Source: Octopus bimaculoides (Eukaryota). Taken from it: DNA of 63,867 nt. The notes below the pieces were generated by a model. That model ran no database searches. It was given only the letters and a program-made list of their open reading frames with translations, and had not been told where the DNA came from. The first letter of the stretch is position 1. Every line of letters begins with the position of its first letter. The stretch spans positions 75,546,829 to 75,610,695 of the forward strand of contig NC_068991.1 of assembly GCF_001194135.2 (NCBI RefSeq). The letters are read 5' to 3'. This document shows, piece after piece, positions 1 to 13,379 of the stretch. The position numbers and the translations under genes were made by a program.

Positions 1-1909
1 ATATATATACATATCTATATGTATATATATATATATATGTGTGTATATATATATATATATTCATATGAATAGTTATGCATATATATGTATATATGTGTAT
101 ATGCAAGTACGTATATACACACACACACACGCACACACATACATACGTGCAATTTTTGTTTTTCTTTCATGGTACAAGACACACTGCTATAAGTTTTATT
201 CTACATCAGTAGGTCATCAATGGTGTGATTTCTTTTTCGGTTTACAAAGCGTTCATAAAATGGTAGAATCAAACAACTCCGCTAGAAAATGTGTTAGTCG
301 GGAATTTGTTACTATTGAGTTATGGACGAAAATATATTGCTATTGAAAAAAAAAAATAACAATATTATTGAAAGTCTTTTGTGATTAATAACTTATCTTC
401 TAAATATAAAAATCATAAATATAAAATTTATAGACCCTAAAGGAGAGAAGACAGATCTGAGGCGGTGTGATTTCGATCAAATTGCTTAGAAGCCAGGAGT
501 TTCTATCCGTATACTGGTACTGTGTTGCATTATTGGCCAAATATATTTAACTCAGCATTAACCCAGTTCCCCTAGCTGTGGACACAATGTGGCCGTATAT
601 ACAAAGCTACCATTTAATATATGTGTATATTGTATAAAATAAGAGCAGGAAAATGACAACAAAAAAATGATCACAGAAGATAATATTGTATTTGTCCAAA
701 ATAATATTGTATTTATAAATAGATGTATAAATATATGAAGTATGATTATTTAAAAAGTCTGAAGTTTAAAATATCTTACGATCGTTTCATGAAAGTATTA
801 CCTTTCGAAATGAAATCTAAAATTGATAATCATTATTAGGTAATACATCCACTCGTCAGAGAAAAAGGGTGAATTTCTGCGTAGTTAATCGAATGCTATT
901 TAAAAATTTTATGTAATGTATAATCGGTCTTATTAAATGTCTAAATACATTTAATGTTTTAGACATTTCTCTACCAAAAGCAGTTATTAGCAATTCAGTA
1001 TATTGTATTCTCATTGAATATATTTGATTAACGATACATGTATATGTATATTAAACTGTGGTGCAACTTTCGGACGAAGCTGTAGGCATTACTGGGAAGG
1101 AACACGAAACCATATCAGTGACAGTAGAAACAATGAAGAACCGACGAGTGTTTTCATTATTTTGCAATTGCGTGTTCAAAAAGCTCTGTCGTCATATCCA
1201 GGAGAATGAATTGTATCCCACTTATCATATTCAGAACCCAATAAAATGGATTACACACCGTTATTTAGCTCAGACATATAAGGGATATTCTAGCAATAGA
1301 TGAGATCAATAGAAGTAACCGGACGTAGTTCCTCGTGATGATGTCTTGAGCTAATTGGATCCTATAAAGGAGCTGTTGTGGTAGCAGACCACGAAACATA
1401 GTTGAAACTCCTCCTAAATCACTAATGATTGTGCAGTAGATAAAAAAGATATTTCTAATGGTGGTTACCCTTACTGTAGGTCATTAATTCGTGGAGAAAA
1501 CATCAAGGGTAGAAATCACAGAAGAAACCCGCTAAAAAGAGCGTATTTCAACATTTTTTATGCTTTTTCAACTAGCCACTCAAAGATACCCACTTATTTT
1601 AAACACAGAATTCAGAAAACATATTAAACAATACCTATATGTACCATGTCCCAGATGGTATGGATAGATATATATTTTTTAAATGTCGGATGTAATCTTC
1701 TATCATTGGCTAAAACTATACCCAACATCACCAAGATTTATTCTTACATTGACGCACCCCACAAATACCATTAACCTGATTTATGTAGTCACCGACTCTG
1801 TTAGAAATAGGAGCCAGATACTCCATCAAATGACACCAATTGTTTTAAATATAGCAAAGATAAAAGAAAATGCTACGTTCATCCTACTTATACTTACCTA
1901 AGCTGCCTT

Positions 1910-2215
1910 TCACTCCTTATTGAGCACACGATATCGATTACTTTTTGTCAGCTGTTCCCGATTGTCAGTTGTGTTTTCCCCGAAGGAATGCATTCTTCTC
2001 TTAGGCCTGGTTCGTTTTCTTTGAATTGTCATCAAACCTATTTTTATCTTTGAGAAAAGATGGTCCATATCAATCTGGAATTCATCCTTTGACATGTCCA
2101 TCGTGGGAGACCCTACCAGTAACTTACACGTCGCTAGCAGAGCCTTTAGGATCATTAAGACACACAAGATACCACGCCGAAAAAGACTGGATCTTGTGAT
2201 GGAATCCCACATATA
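1910..2215 (-). CDS. Putative terminal coding exon of an unidentified membrane protein (YMWDSITRSSLFRRGILCVLMILKALLATCKLLVG...RYRVLNKE*)
   Basis: 101 open codons of non-repetitive sequence starting directly after the acceptor ttttaatgcatAG (2217-2216), phase 0, matching the upstream donor. Stop at 1910. AATAAA on the minus strand at 1742-1737. Confidence 0.6.
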   Translation of the reverse strand, partial: YMWDSITRSSLFRRGILCVLMILKALLATCKLLVGSPTMDMSKDEFQIDMDHLFSKIKIGLMTIQRKRTRPKRRMHSFGENTTDNREQLTKSNRYRVLNKE

Positions 2216-2515
2216 CTATGCATTAAAATAGGATGATGTGGACACAGCTACATTTGTGAAAATGTAGCAATAGATTTGTCTGTTTAATCAGGGTTGGAAT
2301 TAAACAACTACACACGAAATATTAACAACCATTAACCTAATCTGGAGAATACTTTTATTAACTAGTACAGAAACCATGTCACATCTCTCTGTACTAGAGC
2401 ACGACAATGTTGCCTGAGATACACCAATATTTTTTTACTTTTATTAACGTTAATATTACTACGATTTAATCTGGTACTACCAACGATAATCATATAATAT
2501 AATCACATAACTCAC

Positions 2516-2825
2516 AGAAAATGCTTGTAAAAAAGAGTATGAATCAGCTCTGCTATGATATATAAAGTAGCCCCGCCAACAATGCGACAAAAATAACCTA
2601 GAAATTTGACACAAAACTACTGCTTTAGTATACAAAACAGAAAGCATCAGTGACGCTATCACAAAGATGATAACTATTACAATACAAACCATTAAATATC
2701 TACTATTATAATACAAATTGCAACCGCAACGATTTTCTTTCAAACAATCAACTTCAAATAGCGATTTTCTTTGTACGATATAAGAGCCATCAACTTCATA
2801 AACTTCACAATCATGATAAACAGGG
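2516..2825 (-). CDS. Putative internal coding exon: Cys-containing segment plus a transmembrane helix (PVYHDCEVYEVDG...CGCNLYYNSRYLMVCIVIVIIFVIASLMLSVLY...SYSFLQAFS)
   Basis: 310-nt open frame bounded by acceptor tatatAG (2827-2826) and donor TCT|GTGAGT (2515). A 300-nt GT-AG intron joins it in frame to the exon at 1910-2215. Confidence 0.6.
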
Positions 2826-3082
2826 CTATATATCAATCAGTGACAGGAGTCGAAAATACATCATGGCACGATGCCATATTTGAAGCAAGCAAAAGAAAAG
2901 GCATTAAAAATATAATATCTACGATTCGATTCTTATTTTAATCATTCATTTTATTACACAGAAATATTATTTTCTACTTAGTCCACCTTCGGCCTTTATT
3001 TACTCTGTGATATTTTGCTTGTCCATGAAAACTATCAATATCTGTATTGCATTACAAACCAACGATATGCTGGTTCAGCTAC

Positions 3083-3177
3083 CAAGATGAAACAAAATCA
3101 TGTAGCTTGATCGATGTGGAGATAAGCAATTCTTCAAAGGAATCATCGCAGTATGCAGCAATGACCGTATCCAGAGG
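3083..3177 (-). CDS. Candidate upstream exon of the same gene (PLDTVIAAYCDDSFEELLISTSIKLHDFVSS)
   Basis: Open frame after ttactAG. It ends in phase 2 (TG|gtagct), and TG+C gives Cys in frame with the exon starting at 2825. The donor is weak. Confidence 0.3.
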
Positions 3178-3339
3178 CTAGTAAGTGTGTGTGTGTGTGC
3201 GTGTGTGTGTGTGTGTGTGTACATGTGTGTGTGTGTGTGTGTACACACAAACAAACATGCAAATAAATCTATATATAAACAAATAATACAAAATCAGATA
3301 GGAACATCGTAGAAAGAACAAAATATACGAGTAGCTATG

Positions 3340-3373
<34 letters not shown>

Positions 3374-5133
3374 GTGTGGTGTGTGTGTGCGTGTGTGTGT
3401 GTGTGTGTCTATCTGTCCGTGCATGCATGATATGTGGTAACGTCTGTACAACTAGTTCCAGACTCAAAAGCACCCGGTGCTGCTTAGAGTCTGTATTCTA
3501 CAAAGCGAACCCATCAATCTTGTGGAACGCACATCATTCATCTGTCACTTGAGTCTTAAAAACCTGCAGATTTGCTTCTGTTCTTAAAAGACATTCTTAA
3601 AAGGCCATGAAGAAGGAGGGAATGACAATGGAGAAACAAGGAGAGAAGGCAATCATCTGTAAATATGCTGCCATCATTATCATATGTATATATGTGTGTG
3701 TGTATGTGTGTATGCGCGTTATGATTTGAAAGCTAGTGTAAGATTAATGACAAACCATTTACTGATAGAATGATTCAATGCTTAGATACAAATCTAACGT
3801 CTTGCTTGGGAACCTACCTTTGGCTTTTGGTTTAATGGATGCTGTGTACAAATTCTAGTAATAGTTTGTCATAACTGCAAGGTAGCAAGTTGTGAAATTA
3901 ATCAAATTTATGACTGACTGCTGGAAGAAAATCTCTCAGTAGTCAGTTAGTTCTTATCTTATGACAGACTCATTTCTGTAAATGTTTTTATATTAGAGTT
4001 TAAATCACAGCACACAACAACAACGGTAGAGCAGTAAGATTCAATTTTCTCTTAAACTGCGGACGTTAGCTCAAGCCATTAGTAAAATTTGCGTTAGAGA
4101 CACAATCTTCCTAACAAGAAAATTAGATGAGATATTACGCAACCCTATCTGTAGTAGGTGAAGTGACTCTCGCGTAACTTGTTTGCTAAGAACGATTCTA
4201 GTTTGAAGCATTTAACTGAGAGACCAATAGCAAAAACTACAGACAGTCAGTATTTTTACCACTTCTCCAAATCTACTACTGAGTTCAAATCACACCAAGA
4301 TCGACTTTACCTTTGATCCTTTCGTCGTCGGTGAAATAGAGTACTTTACAAGGGTTGCTGTTATTTAATCGACTCTTCTCTTAAATTTGAAGTGTTTTAT
4401 ATATATTGGAAATAAATAATGCTCTTTCATTTTTTTAAGTATCAGCCTAGAATTGTGCGCAATGTTAACAAAATTATTTACAAATATCTTAGTGTACATA
4501 CATATATACATCATTCATATATACATCATACATGAATATAACATACATATAGACATCATACATATAGACATCATACATACATGCATGCATAAAGTTTAAA
4601 ATGTTACCTTGTTTTTGCTATTTATATTCTAACGATGGAATTTTGTATCTTTGTCAGAAACCAGCTCCTTCGTAAGAGGAAGAATTTAAATAAAAGTAGA
4701 AGAGAACATACATACAAACATACATACATACGTACATACATACAGACAGACAAAAAGACAGATATACGCACACATTATATATACATATGTATGTGTGTGC
4801 GTCTGTGAATCAAACTTCAGAAAGCATAAAAAATGATTTTAAAGAGATTTTACCCTCAATTTCCAACGGCGTACTGTAACAAAACTCTGATATATTTGTC
4901 CATCCTGCCAGCTATATTTACCAGTTAAATACCCTCAAATCACATTCTAACGCATTAAGAAAATGAAGAAAGTACCGAGGACAACGTTGTTGAGGTACCC
5001 TTACAAATGGTTCGAATAAGACTTCCATTGGATTGTGTAATGTCATGCAAACGTGAGACCTTCTAAGTTTTCGTGCGAGCGACTAGTTGCTAGTTCTTGC
5101 TCAAAATTACAATCCATCATTGTAAAACAATAA

Positions 5134-6010
5134 CACTAGGGAATACAATTTTCGTTGAGTTAGACCTGACCGCTGTGTTTCACTAACCTTTGGTTTCCGA
5201 ATCCAAAAACGATCCTAGTTTTTTTCTGCATCACATCAAGTTTCTGAGCTACAGGATACACTCACTTTTTCTCGAGAGCCACAAAAATTCTGCATCTAAC
5301 AAATTTGTGCTTCTTTTATAGAACATTTTAAAATTTGCATACGATAGAAAACCATAAAACAGTTTCATGTTTGTGCAAATCTATTTTGTTCAAAAGATAT
5401 TATTACTCGGAGTCAAATTGTGTTTAAGTAGTTTGTAAAAATTTATTCTTATAACTTTTTCTGGAGTGTTCAGTGTTTGGACAATTTTACATTATGCTCC
5501 AACAATAATTAGTCACCATATTTACATCCTATCTACCCTGATATCGTTCCTCTATGATTTTCAAATTTTTGGTGGACACCTTGCTGATTGCTTCATGAGA
5601 CTCAGTTTCGTGTACAGAGGTGTGAATATAATACCATTTACGTAAACAAATGGCTCATGTAGGATGTGGAGAGTATCAGGTTTGAGTTGAGATTTGGAAT
5701 CCCCTGGCCCCAATGTTTCTCTCGAGCTCTGATCTCCCACATGCACAGAAAGCTGGGACACTTGGTTTATCTGCATTGCTGACTAAAACAGAAGCAAACC
5801 AGTTTAAGGTCAACATAGATGATCTAAACATGGTGATAGGCGCAGGAGTGGCTGTGTGGTAAGTAGCTTGCTTACCAACCACATGGTCCTGGGTTCAGTC
5901 CCACTGCATACCACCTTGGTGAAAGTGTCTTCTACTATAGCCTCGGGCTAACCAAAGCCTTGTGAGTGGATTTGGTAACCGGAAACTGAAAGAAGCCCGT
6001 CGTATATATG

Positions 6011-6051
<41 letters not shown>

Positions 6052-7350
6052 TTGTGTGTCTGTGTTTGTCCCCCCCCACCAGCGGTTGGGCAAAAGAGAC
6101 CGATAGAATAAGTACTAGCCTCACAAAGGATATGTCCTGGGGTCGATTTGTTCGACTAAAGGCGGTGCTCCAGCAAGGCCGCAGTCAAATGACTGAAACA
6201 AGTAAAAGAGTAAAAGAGTAAAAGAGTAAAAGAGATATTGCAACAACTCAATGATTCTTTTTATGTGTCCATATTCTTCACGAATGTCTAACTGGGATTA
6301 ATTGCCATTGTGATGGAGGACATTCTTTGAGTTCTGCTTTGACCTACCATTGGACAGTCGCCATCCAGTTGAGTTATAGATCAGAATTCTGAATTCTTTC
6401 AGTAAAATCTCCATGTGAATACAATACACAAACCTGCAGTCACTTCGAAAGTATTGCAGAAATGCACTTTCTCTCGATCGCTCCCTTTTTTTCTCATTCA
6501 ATCTTGATTCTAAGAGTTCTGAAGCCTATTTTGATAGTCATAATTCTCGTAACAAGTCATTCAACTCATGCTGATTGAATTCCTTACGAGCTAAGTCATC
6601 TTAAATTTCAAAATCTGTATCATTGCTGTCGCTGAGTTCTTCAACATGATCCATATTTTCAAGAGAGGGTAGTTGAGCGAAAACTGACACTGCAGTTTCA
6701 ACTGAGTGAGGCACTGGCTGTATTGCTGATAATAGACTAGAATACTCGATTTACATTCGTTTTTCCTATTATAACCTAAAGTTTTCACTAATTAAAATTA
6801 ATTGTCTGTGCAATGGTCTTTTGACTCTCTGCAAACAATAGATATACCAAATACCAACATATCACGTGTTCCCTTGGTTCACATCCGTAAACTCTTGACA
6901 CGCTGCTTGCACACATTGTGAGGCGGCAACCCAAGATTTGTCTTGATCACCAACTTTTACCTTCAAAAATACAAAATAATTTTGTTTCACAAATGCGCTG
7001 ATGTTTGCCCTCTGATTGGGAATGGTGAAAGTGCCACAGATATAGCAAAAGGGATGAGGGCTGTTTAAGAACTTACGACGGGACGTAGCTGAAGCAGATG
7101 TGATCGCTTTTCAAAACATAACCTAAAAAGTCACTAGATCTGAAGAATTCTCCCTCCTTATCAATAAAATAATAAAAGCAATCAGCTGATAAGTCCTATT
7201 ATTTATGCAAAGACAATACAATTGTGGTTTTTCAGAGAGTAGCTAAAATACTTGACGTGGTTGAAGAAAACTGACTGTAGTTTTGAAATCAGTACGCCAG
7301 TTTTAGTCAAAATCAAGTGAGTAGGGTGACTAAGGCCAAAATGCCATGTG
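5134..7350 (-). mobile_element. Degenerate, internally deleted Chapaev3-like (CMC superfamily) DNA transposon
   Basis: Minus-strand translation, with stops and frameshifts, gives FCYICGTF, VGDQDKSW, SAIQPVPHS, FNQHELNDLLREL, VLHHNGN, DLK..C...QQ...TKCP.FLCMW and EERYQGR.DVNM..YCWS. The terminus reads CACTAGG at 5134, preceded by TAA (TWA-type TSD). The other end near 7350 is approximate. Confidence 0.8.
5839..6233 (+). mobile_element. tRNA-derived SINE, type A (octopus OK/OR-like), full length, inserted in the Chapaev3 ORF
   Basis: tRNA-like head (ggcgcaggagtggctgtgtggtaag...gggttcagtcccac), central (TA)n(TG)n, tail cagcaaggccgcagtcaaatgactgaaacaa followed by (gtaaaaga)4. GATA duplicated at 5835-5838 and 6234-6237. 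Confidence 0.85.
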
Positions 7351-8934
7351 AACGGAGGACAACTTGATAATAAGCCGTAGGAAACAATCTATTTGTCTGT
7401 AAATAAGCGGGTATATAACTTGTTATTATAAATCACGAGAGCATTGTATTTTTGAAAAACGTCTGAATAGTTAGCTGTATAATCTAAAATACTACCATAG
7501 GTTTAACTTGAAGTTGTATGGCATCTACAACCCTAAGTTGCAATAAATATAATATAGAAGTCAGCTCTACTTTATTTTTAATAATTTTAACAGTGATTCT
7601 TATAGATCTTAACATAACATTATTAAAAGCTAACAAATTTTATCTCTCCTTTCTTCATATATATCAGTAGGAAAACTCAAACAATAAATCAGATTTCCTG
7701 AAAATCACATCTAAAATAAGTGGCACTTTTCTTTTATTGTAAAATCTGACCTATAATCAAAGGCCATTGATTATTTAATAACTTATCGTTAACACAATCG
7801 ATAGAGGAAAATATTTGAACATTTTATCTTACTTTAATAGTCTAGAACGTGAAAAATCAAAACCATTGAGAATCGTAGTTATGACTGTGCAAAATGCTAT
7901 AATGAATTGTCACAATCTCATTCCGTCTCAAATATTGTGGTATTTAAGTAAGAGCTTTGAAACGTTTCTAAAAAGAAAAATCTATTTAAACTGTCTTTAG
8001 CGCAAGTAAAGTAATCTCATATTTTATCTTGAAAATCCCCGTTTTAATAAATTTCATGACTTCAGCTATTTAAAATCGTTTTCATCGCCACATTGTATAT
8101 TACAAACTATTATTATGCACGATGCGATCATAAAATCTACTTATTAAAATATTGTTACCATCTGTACAAGAAAAATTTGAATAATGTTAAACACCGAGGA
8201 AGCCAAATCTGCGATTCTTCACCGTGAGTTCTCTTCTCTGCTGAGTTATCTTTTCAGGTTTTGTAAGTCAAGAATTGCATTGGGCTTAAGCTGACTTCCT
8301 ACTAACATATTTTTTTCAAGCTGCCCCAACATTCAGGGTGAACTAAAGATTCTTTAACATATTTCTGCTTACGTTAGCTGTTGATTACGGAGAAAAACAG
8401 TAGTGTTGCTATCATGGGCAAAATTGTCGCGGAGAGATATCCATGATGTGAAGCAAGATGGTTGTGTTTCAAATTGTCTTTGCTTTACGCCATCTTTAGT
8501 ATTTCTAAGTCATTGCACAGTAGTTTTATTTTACTTTATGAGCTCAAAATAAAGTGCACAATTTATCGCACAAGAGTTTGCAATATATATATTTCTTGTT
8601 GTTGTATTCGTAATTGTGTACCATGTTCTCCACTTTCTTTTTGTCTTTGTTGCCGTACACATTCGCTAGCTTTCTTACAAAGGGGTCTAATGCTCTTACC
8701 ATAGAATTTTTTGGGGACAACCAGATCGAACCATCTCATGTGTAACTGTCCAAAATAGTCGTGACTGTATTGACTGAGGAAAGAAGGCCACGAATGACCC
8801 GTCTATATTTGCCTGTTCTTCCAATTGTTGTTCCTCTTGTCCGCCTTTTTATCGTCTATCTGTCCGAACGTTTTAATGCCCTCTGTTGCGTTTTTGTTCC
8901 ATATATATATATATACAACATACAAAACATGTAT

Positions 8935-9130
8935 TCCTATACTTGGTTCTGTCATTTGATGCAGCCGTGCTGGAGCACCACTTTGAGGGTTTTTTAGTCG
9001 AATGACTCGACTCAAGGACTTAAAGCCTAATACGTATTCTAGCAGTCGCTTTGCTGACCCACTAAGTTACAGGGACGTAAACACACCAACACCGATTATG
9101 AAGCGGTGATAGTAACAAAGACAAACACAA
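8935..9130 (-). mobile_element. SINE type A, 3' half (diverged)
   Basis: Reverse complement of the same body and tail (gtcatttgatgcagccgtgctggagcacc...gacgtaaacacacc), running into a (CA)n tract. Confidence 0.7.
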
Positions 9131-9142
9131 ACACTACACACA

Positions 9143-9268
<126 letters not shown>

Positions 9269-9283
9269 TATAGATATACATAC

Positions 9284-9737
<454 letters not shown>

Positions 9738-11950
9738 GAAAATATAATTGCGGTATACTTCTATGAAATAGAATTCTTCAATTTAATTTTGAGAATTATT
9801 TCTAAGTTCTATAAAATCAAATGAAAATTTATATGTGATAGAATTGTGAACACAAATAATAGTTAATATTAATATAGGTGAGGAACGTTCGTTGTATGTA
9901 AATTATATACAGAATCAAAATGGAAGCTGGCGATGAAATTAAATATTTTGTAAGGATAACGGTAACAAAAATACATCTTCTAGAATAGTAACTGTTATTG
10001 ATGTTTGATGACTATAACTTAGTAGAATTATGATATAGCAATTATTTGTCCAGATTCTGATTATGAGTGTTGGATGTATTTCGCTACAATATTTGAGGAG
10101 TAGTTTTAGTTCGTTTATGATAAAAATCAAAAATGTACAATAAAGAAAATTTCACTGATCTTTAGACAAATAAGACACGAAATGAAACTGTAACTTAACA
10201 TCAAATTGATCTTCAAAGTATAACTTTATATTAAGTCTTAGATCGATAACAAATATTGAATTGGTTGTTAAAAGTAAATTAAAGACATTGTATTAAATTT
10301 TACTAAACTATGAGAAATAAAAAGAAACCGAACTGGCTATTACACCTAAGCTTTTGACAAATTTCTAGCTTGTTACTTCTAAACATAGTTTCCTTAATGA
10401 AAATATTTAAAAGAAATTTAATTATATCAAATAGCTTACGCTTTGGCAATAATTATCCAAGTCTCTTAGACAGTTCAAATATTAATTTATATAAGTCAGA
10501 GCAATAGAAAGGAAATCAATAATATTATAATGCAACCACAAAGTCGACAAAAGCAGTAAATTTTACATCATACAAATAACTCTTCTAATGGTTAGCGTGG
10601 AAAGATATGATAGGAGAAAGAAAAGTTTATGGTTCTAAATTTCCTTTTGTATACATCTTCAATTACGTCCTGTTTTTATACAAAGTAGCTAATGTTTTGG
10701 ATTATAAGAGAACAAAATGTATTTTAATCTTATTTAATGCAGCTTTCTCGTCGCCAGCTTTCCTTTCCTTTCTTCTTCCTCTCTCTCTCCATAGATCTGG
10801 TCTGCAAAATCTATTTCAGTATTCAATGTCCTGAAAATAATGCCGTGAGAATAATTTTCGAAAATTTAGTAACAGACAAACATCAGATGTTTAAGAGGGT
10901 AATAAAGCAGTAATGGAAACATTCACGAAATATGAAAGTGGGCTGCACTGAAGTATTGTTACTGTCCAAATAAAACGCAACAGTTAACAATTACATAACT
11001 TTAAACAGATGAAGGTATATTTGCTTTTTAACTAATATCCACTTTATTTAACATTGACACCTATCCAATATAGAATGCTATTCTAGTATATAATTGTGGG
11101 TCGTAAGCGTAACACGAAACCCCAATTAATATTCTCCTGACCTCCAAGCTTTTAGCCGAATTTATTCTATTACAGGCGTTTGGACCAGAGTTCAGGCAGG
11201 GGCGTAACATGGATTCAGGATACGCTCAGACCCTCGTCTCTTCTTTATTCTGGACAGTACCACGTATTGCAAGAAGATACTCATTGAAAATGTCTCCCGC
11301 CGGAGATATATTGCCAGCTATTACAACGGTCAGCTACCATCTTTATCATCTGATCCGTGGACACAATCTTAGGTGGCTACCCTACAAGCTGTGCATCATT
11401 TCATATCCTCTTTGCCCCACTTCGTGACTGTTTCCCCATCGAACACCAAAATCTTCCGGCACCACTTTGAGGTTACTGACATCCAATTTCGGTTCCTTAA
11501 CTGTGACTAGTTATGGATATCTGCAATTTGAAAGTCGTTGTCGTCTCCTTCCCCAACCCAAACGAAAAAAAAAAAACCCAGTACTATGAAAATGCCTAAA
11601 ACGCGAACAAATACATCTGCAGAATAATTACCAGTTCTTTTCAAATATTTATGGACTCCAATTCAATTAAAAAACGATATATCACTTTATTACACAAAAG
11701 CCATGCGTTCATTTTAGAAACATAAGCACATACCATTTCTTATCTCTAGTTTAGCACCACTGAACAGACTACACTCATTATTCAAGCTTTATTTTGAAAG
11801 TTGATGTTTGCAAATATCGAGATTGTACTGTCCATGACATTTTCTCCAGGCTTTTATTTACATTCGATAAATATCAACTTTCTTTACCCTTCCGTATGCA
11901 TCTGTTACTGCTACTGCTTTCCGAACTGATCTAATCACTACCAGTTATAC

Positions 11951-12221
11951 GAATAGGGACAACTCACCACCACCAACTCAACGCCAGGAGAACTCAACGC
12001 CAGGACTAGTCAACGCCAGGACAACTCAACACTAAGACAAATCAATACCAAGAAAATTGATTAATAAATAATTTATTCGTTTCATAACATTATCAGAAAT
12101 TTATAAAAAGATTAATCTTAATACATGGCTTGAATAAAAAAAAAGCAGAACTTTCAAAATTCGAATAAAATTAATTTATAAAAGATATAATTATAAATTT
12201 ATAATTTATAAAAGCTATAAT

Positions 12222-12268
<47 letters not shown>

Positions 12269-13076
12269 NNNNNNNNNNNNNNNNNNNNNNNNNNNNNNNN
12301 NNNNNNNTAGTTTGTTTGCTTCACGATCGGCCCAAGCTTCTTCAATTTAGCAGTTTGTCGCAGTAATTTATTGGCCAAAGCGGCCTATTTAGCTTTTGTC
12401 GAATGTATTTAGATTGCTCTAAACCATTCAAAGAAGGAATACCAAGAATTCATATTTTTCTACCGATGTTGGAAGTCACAGCTCTTGAGATCGACATTAA
12501 GACGTAGAATTTTTGAAGTTAGATTGGTGAATATATATTCAAATTTTTCATCACACCCAAAACAGAAATTCTTAGCCAAAGAGGAAAAGAAAAAAATTGC
12601 ACACGAAGAACATTTATTTGCTTTTGGTAAGTTTAGTAAGAGTGACAACAATATACAATTTTGGCGTTGTGATCAGGGTTCTAGATGTAATGCAAGGATT
12701 CAAACGAAGTTTGGTGCAGTTATCATGGAAGTAAACACGCATCCCTACAATTCGTCTGCAGTTACTATAGAAGTGGCTAAAGCGCACACAGCCTCGAAAC
12801 GTCGTGCCGAAGACATCGTTGAAAAGCCAACTGCAGTAATAAGTGAAGTATTAACAAATGTATCTCAGGCTACGCTTGGATCGTTGCCAGTTCCTTCAGC
12901 CATGAGGAAAACTATAAAACGCAAAAGTAGAGCCTTAAGTGCCCCACATCCGAGTCCTATAATTTATTTTTTGATCAATTTTCCTGGTTGTCTCGGTGTT
13001 GAGTTGTCCTGGTGTTAAGTCGACGTTGTTGAGTCGGCGTTGTTAAGTTGGCGATGTTGAGTTATTCTACACCCCC
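11951..13076 (+). mobile_element. Non-autonomous MULE/Mutator deletion derivative retaining the FLYWCH-type N-terminus of its transposase
   Basis: About 100-bp imperfect TIRs built from caactcaacgccagga repeats. Flanking direct repeat ccagttatacga (11941) / ccaattatacga (13075). ORF 12485-13018 contains FWRCDQGSRCNARIQT...VNTHPY and runs into the right TIR without a DDE domain. Confidence 0.75.
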
Positions 13077-13379
13077 AATTATACGACTATGTATTTTCCT
13101 AGATCGAGAAAATATGTTTCATATCACCATTCTCTGCATCAGCATCCTCGGTGTCTTTAATGTCCAAGACCCTGATTAGCTGTCACATTCATCTCATACA
13201 GACGTTGCTGGTACAAATCCCAAATCATTTATTTTTTACAACGCGTTTCACAGACGTATAGACGCTCTTAAGCTTTTCTTTTTCATATCCAAACACAGCT
13301 TCTCTCCAGACATGACCTTTTATTTTACATTGGATCATGCCACTACTGCCTTATCATGATTACCCCCCCCCCTATATCC

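Noticed and set aside
1058-1303. ORF with LCRHIQENELYPTY, faintly MULE-like
   Set aside because: Single weak motif, with no TIRs or further motifs.
1333-1420. GTGATGA as a possible snoRNA C box
   Set aside because: No D box (CTGA) or terminal stem at a suitable distance.
5839-5915. tRNA-like A/B boxes here and in other SINE heads as tRNA genes
   Set aside because: They continue into SINE bodies and tails and lack a full cloverleaf.
6255-6310. Plus-strand FYVSIFFTNV resembling a Penelope RT motif
   Set aside because: The opposite strand is clearly Chapaev3 transposase, so this is coincidence.
7010-7130. Plus-strand GESATDIAKG resembling a mariner HTH
   Set aside because: It is the antisense of the Chapaev3 N-terminus (FCYICGTF).
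8774-8803. CTGAGGA...GAAT...GTC hammerhead-like spacing
   Set aside because: Stems I and II do not form, and GAAA is broken.
10795-10844. Plus-strand 50-nt exon-like segment with a strong pyrimidine tract
   Set aside because: The tract is a CT microsatellite, and no partner plus-strand exons were found.
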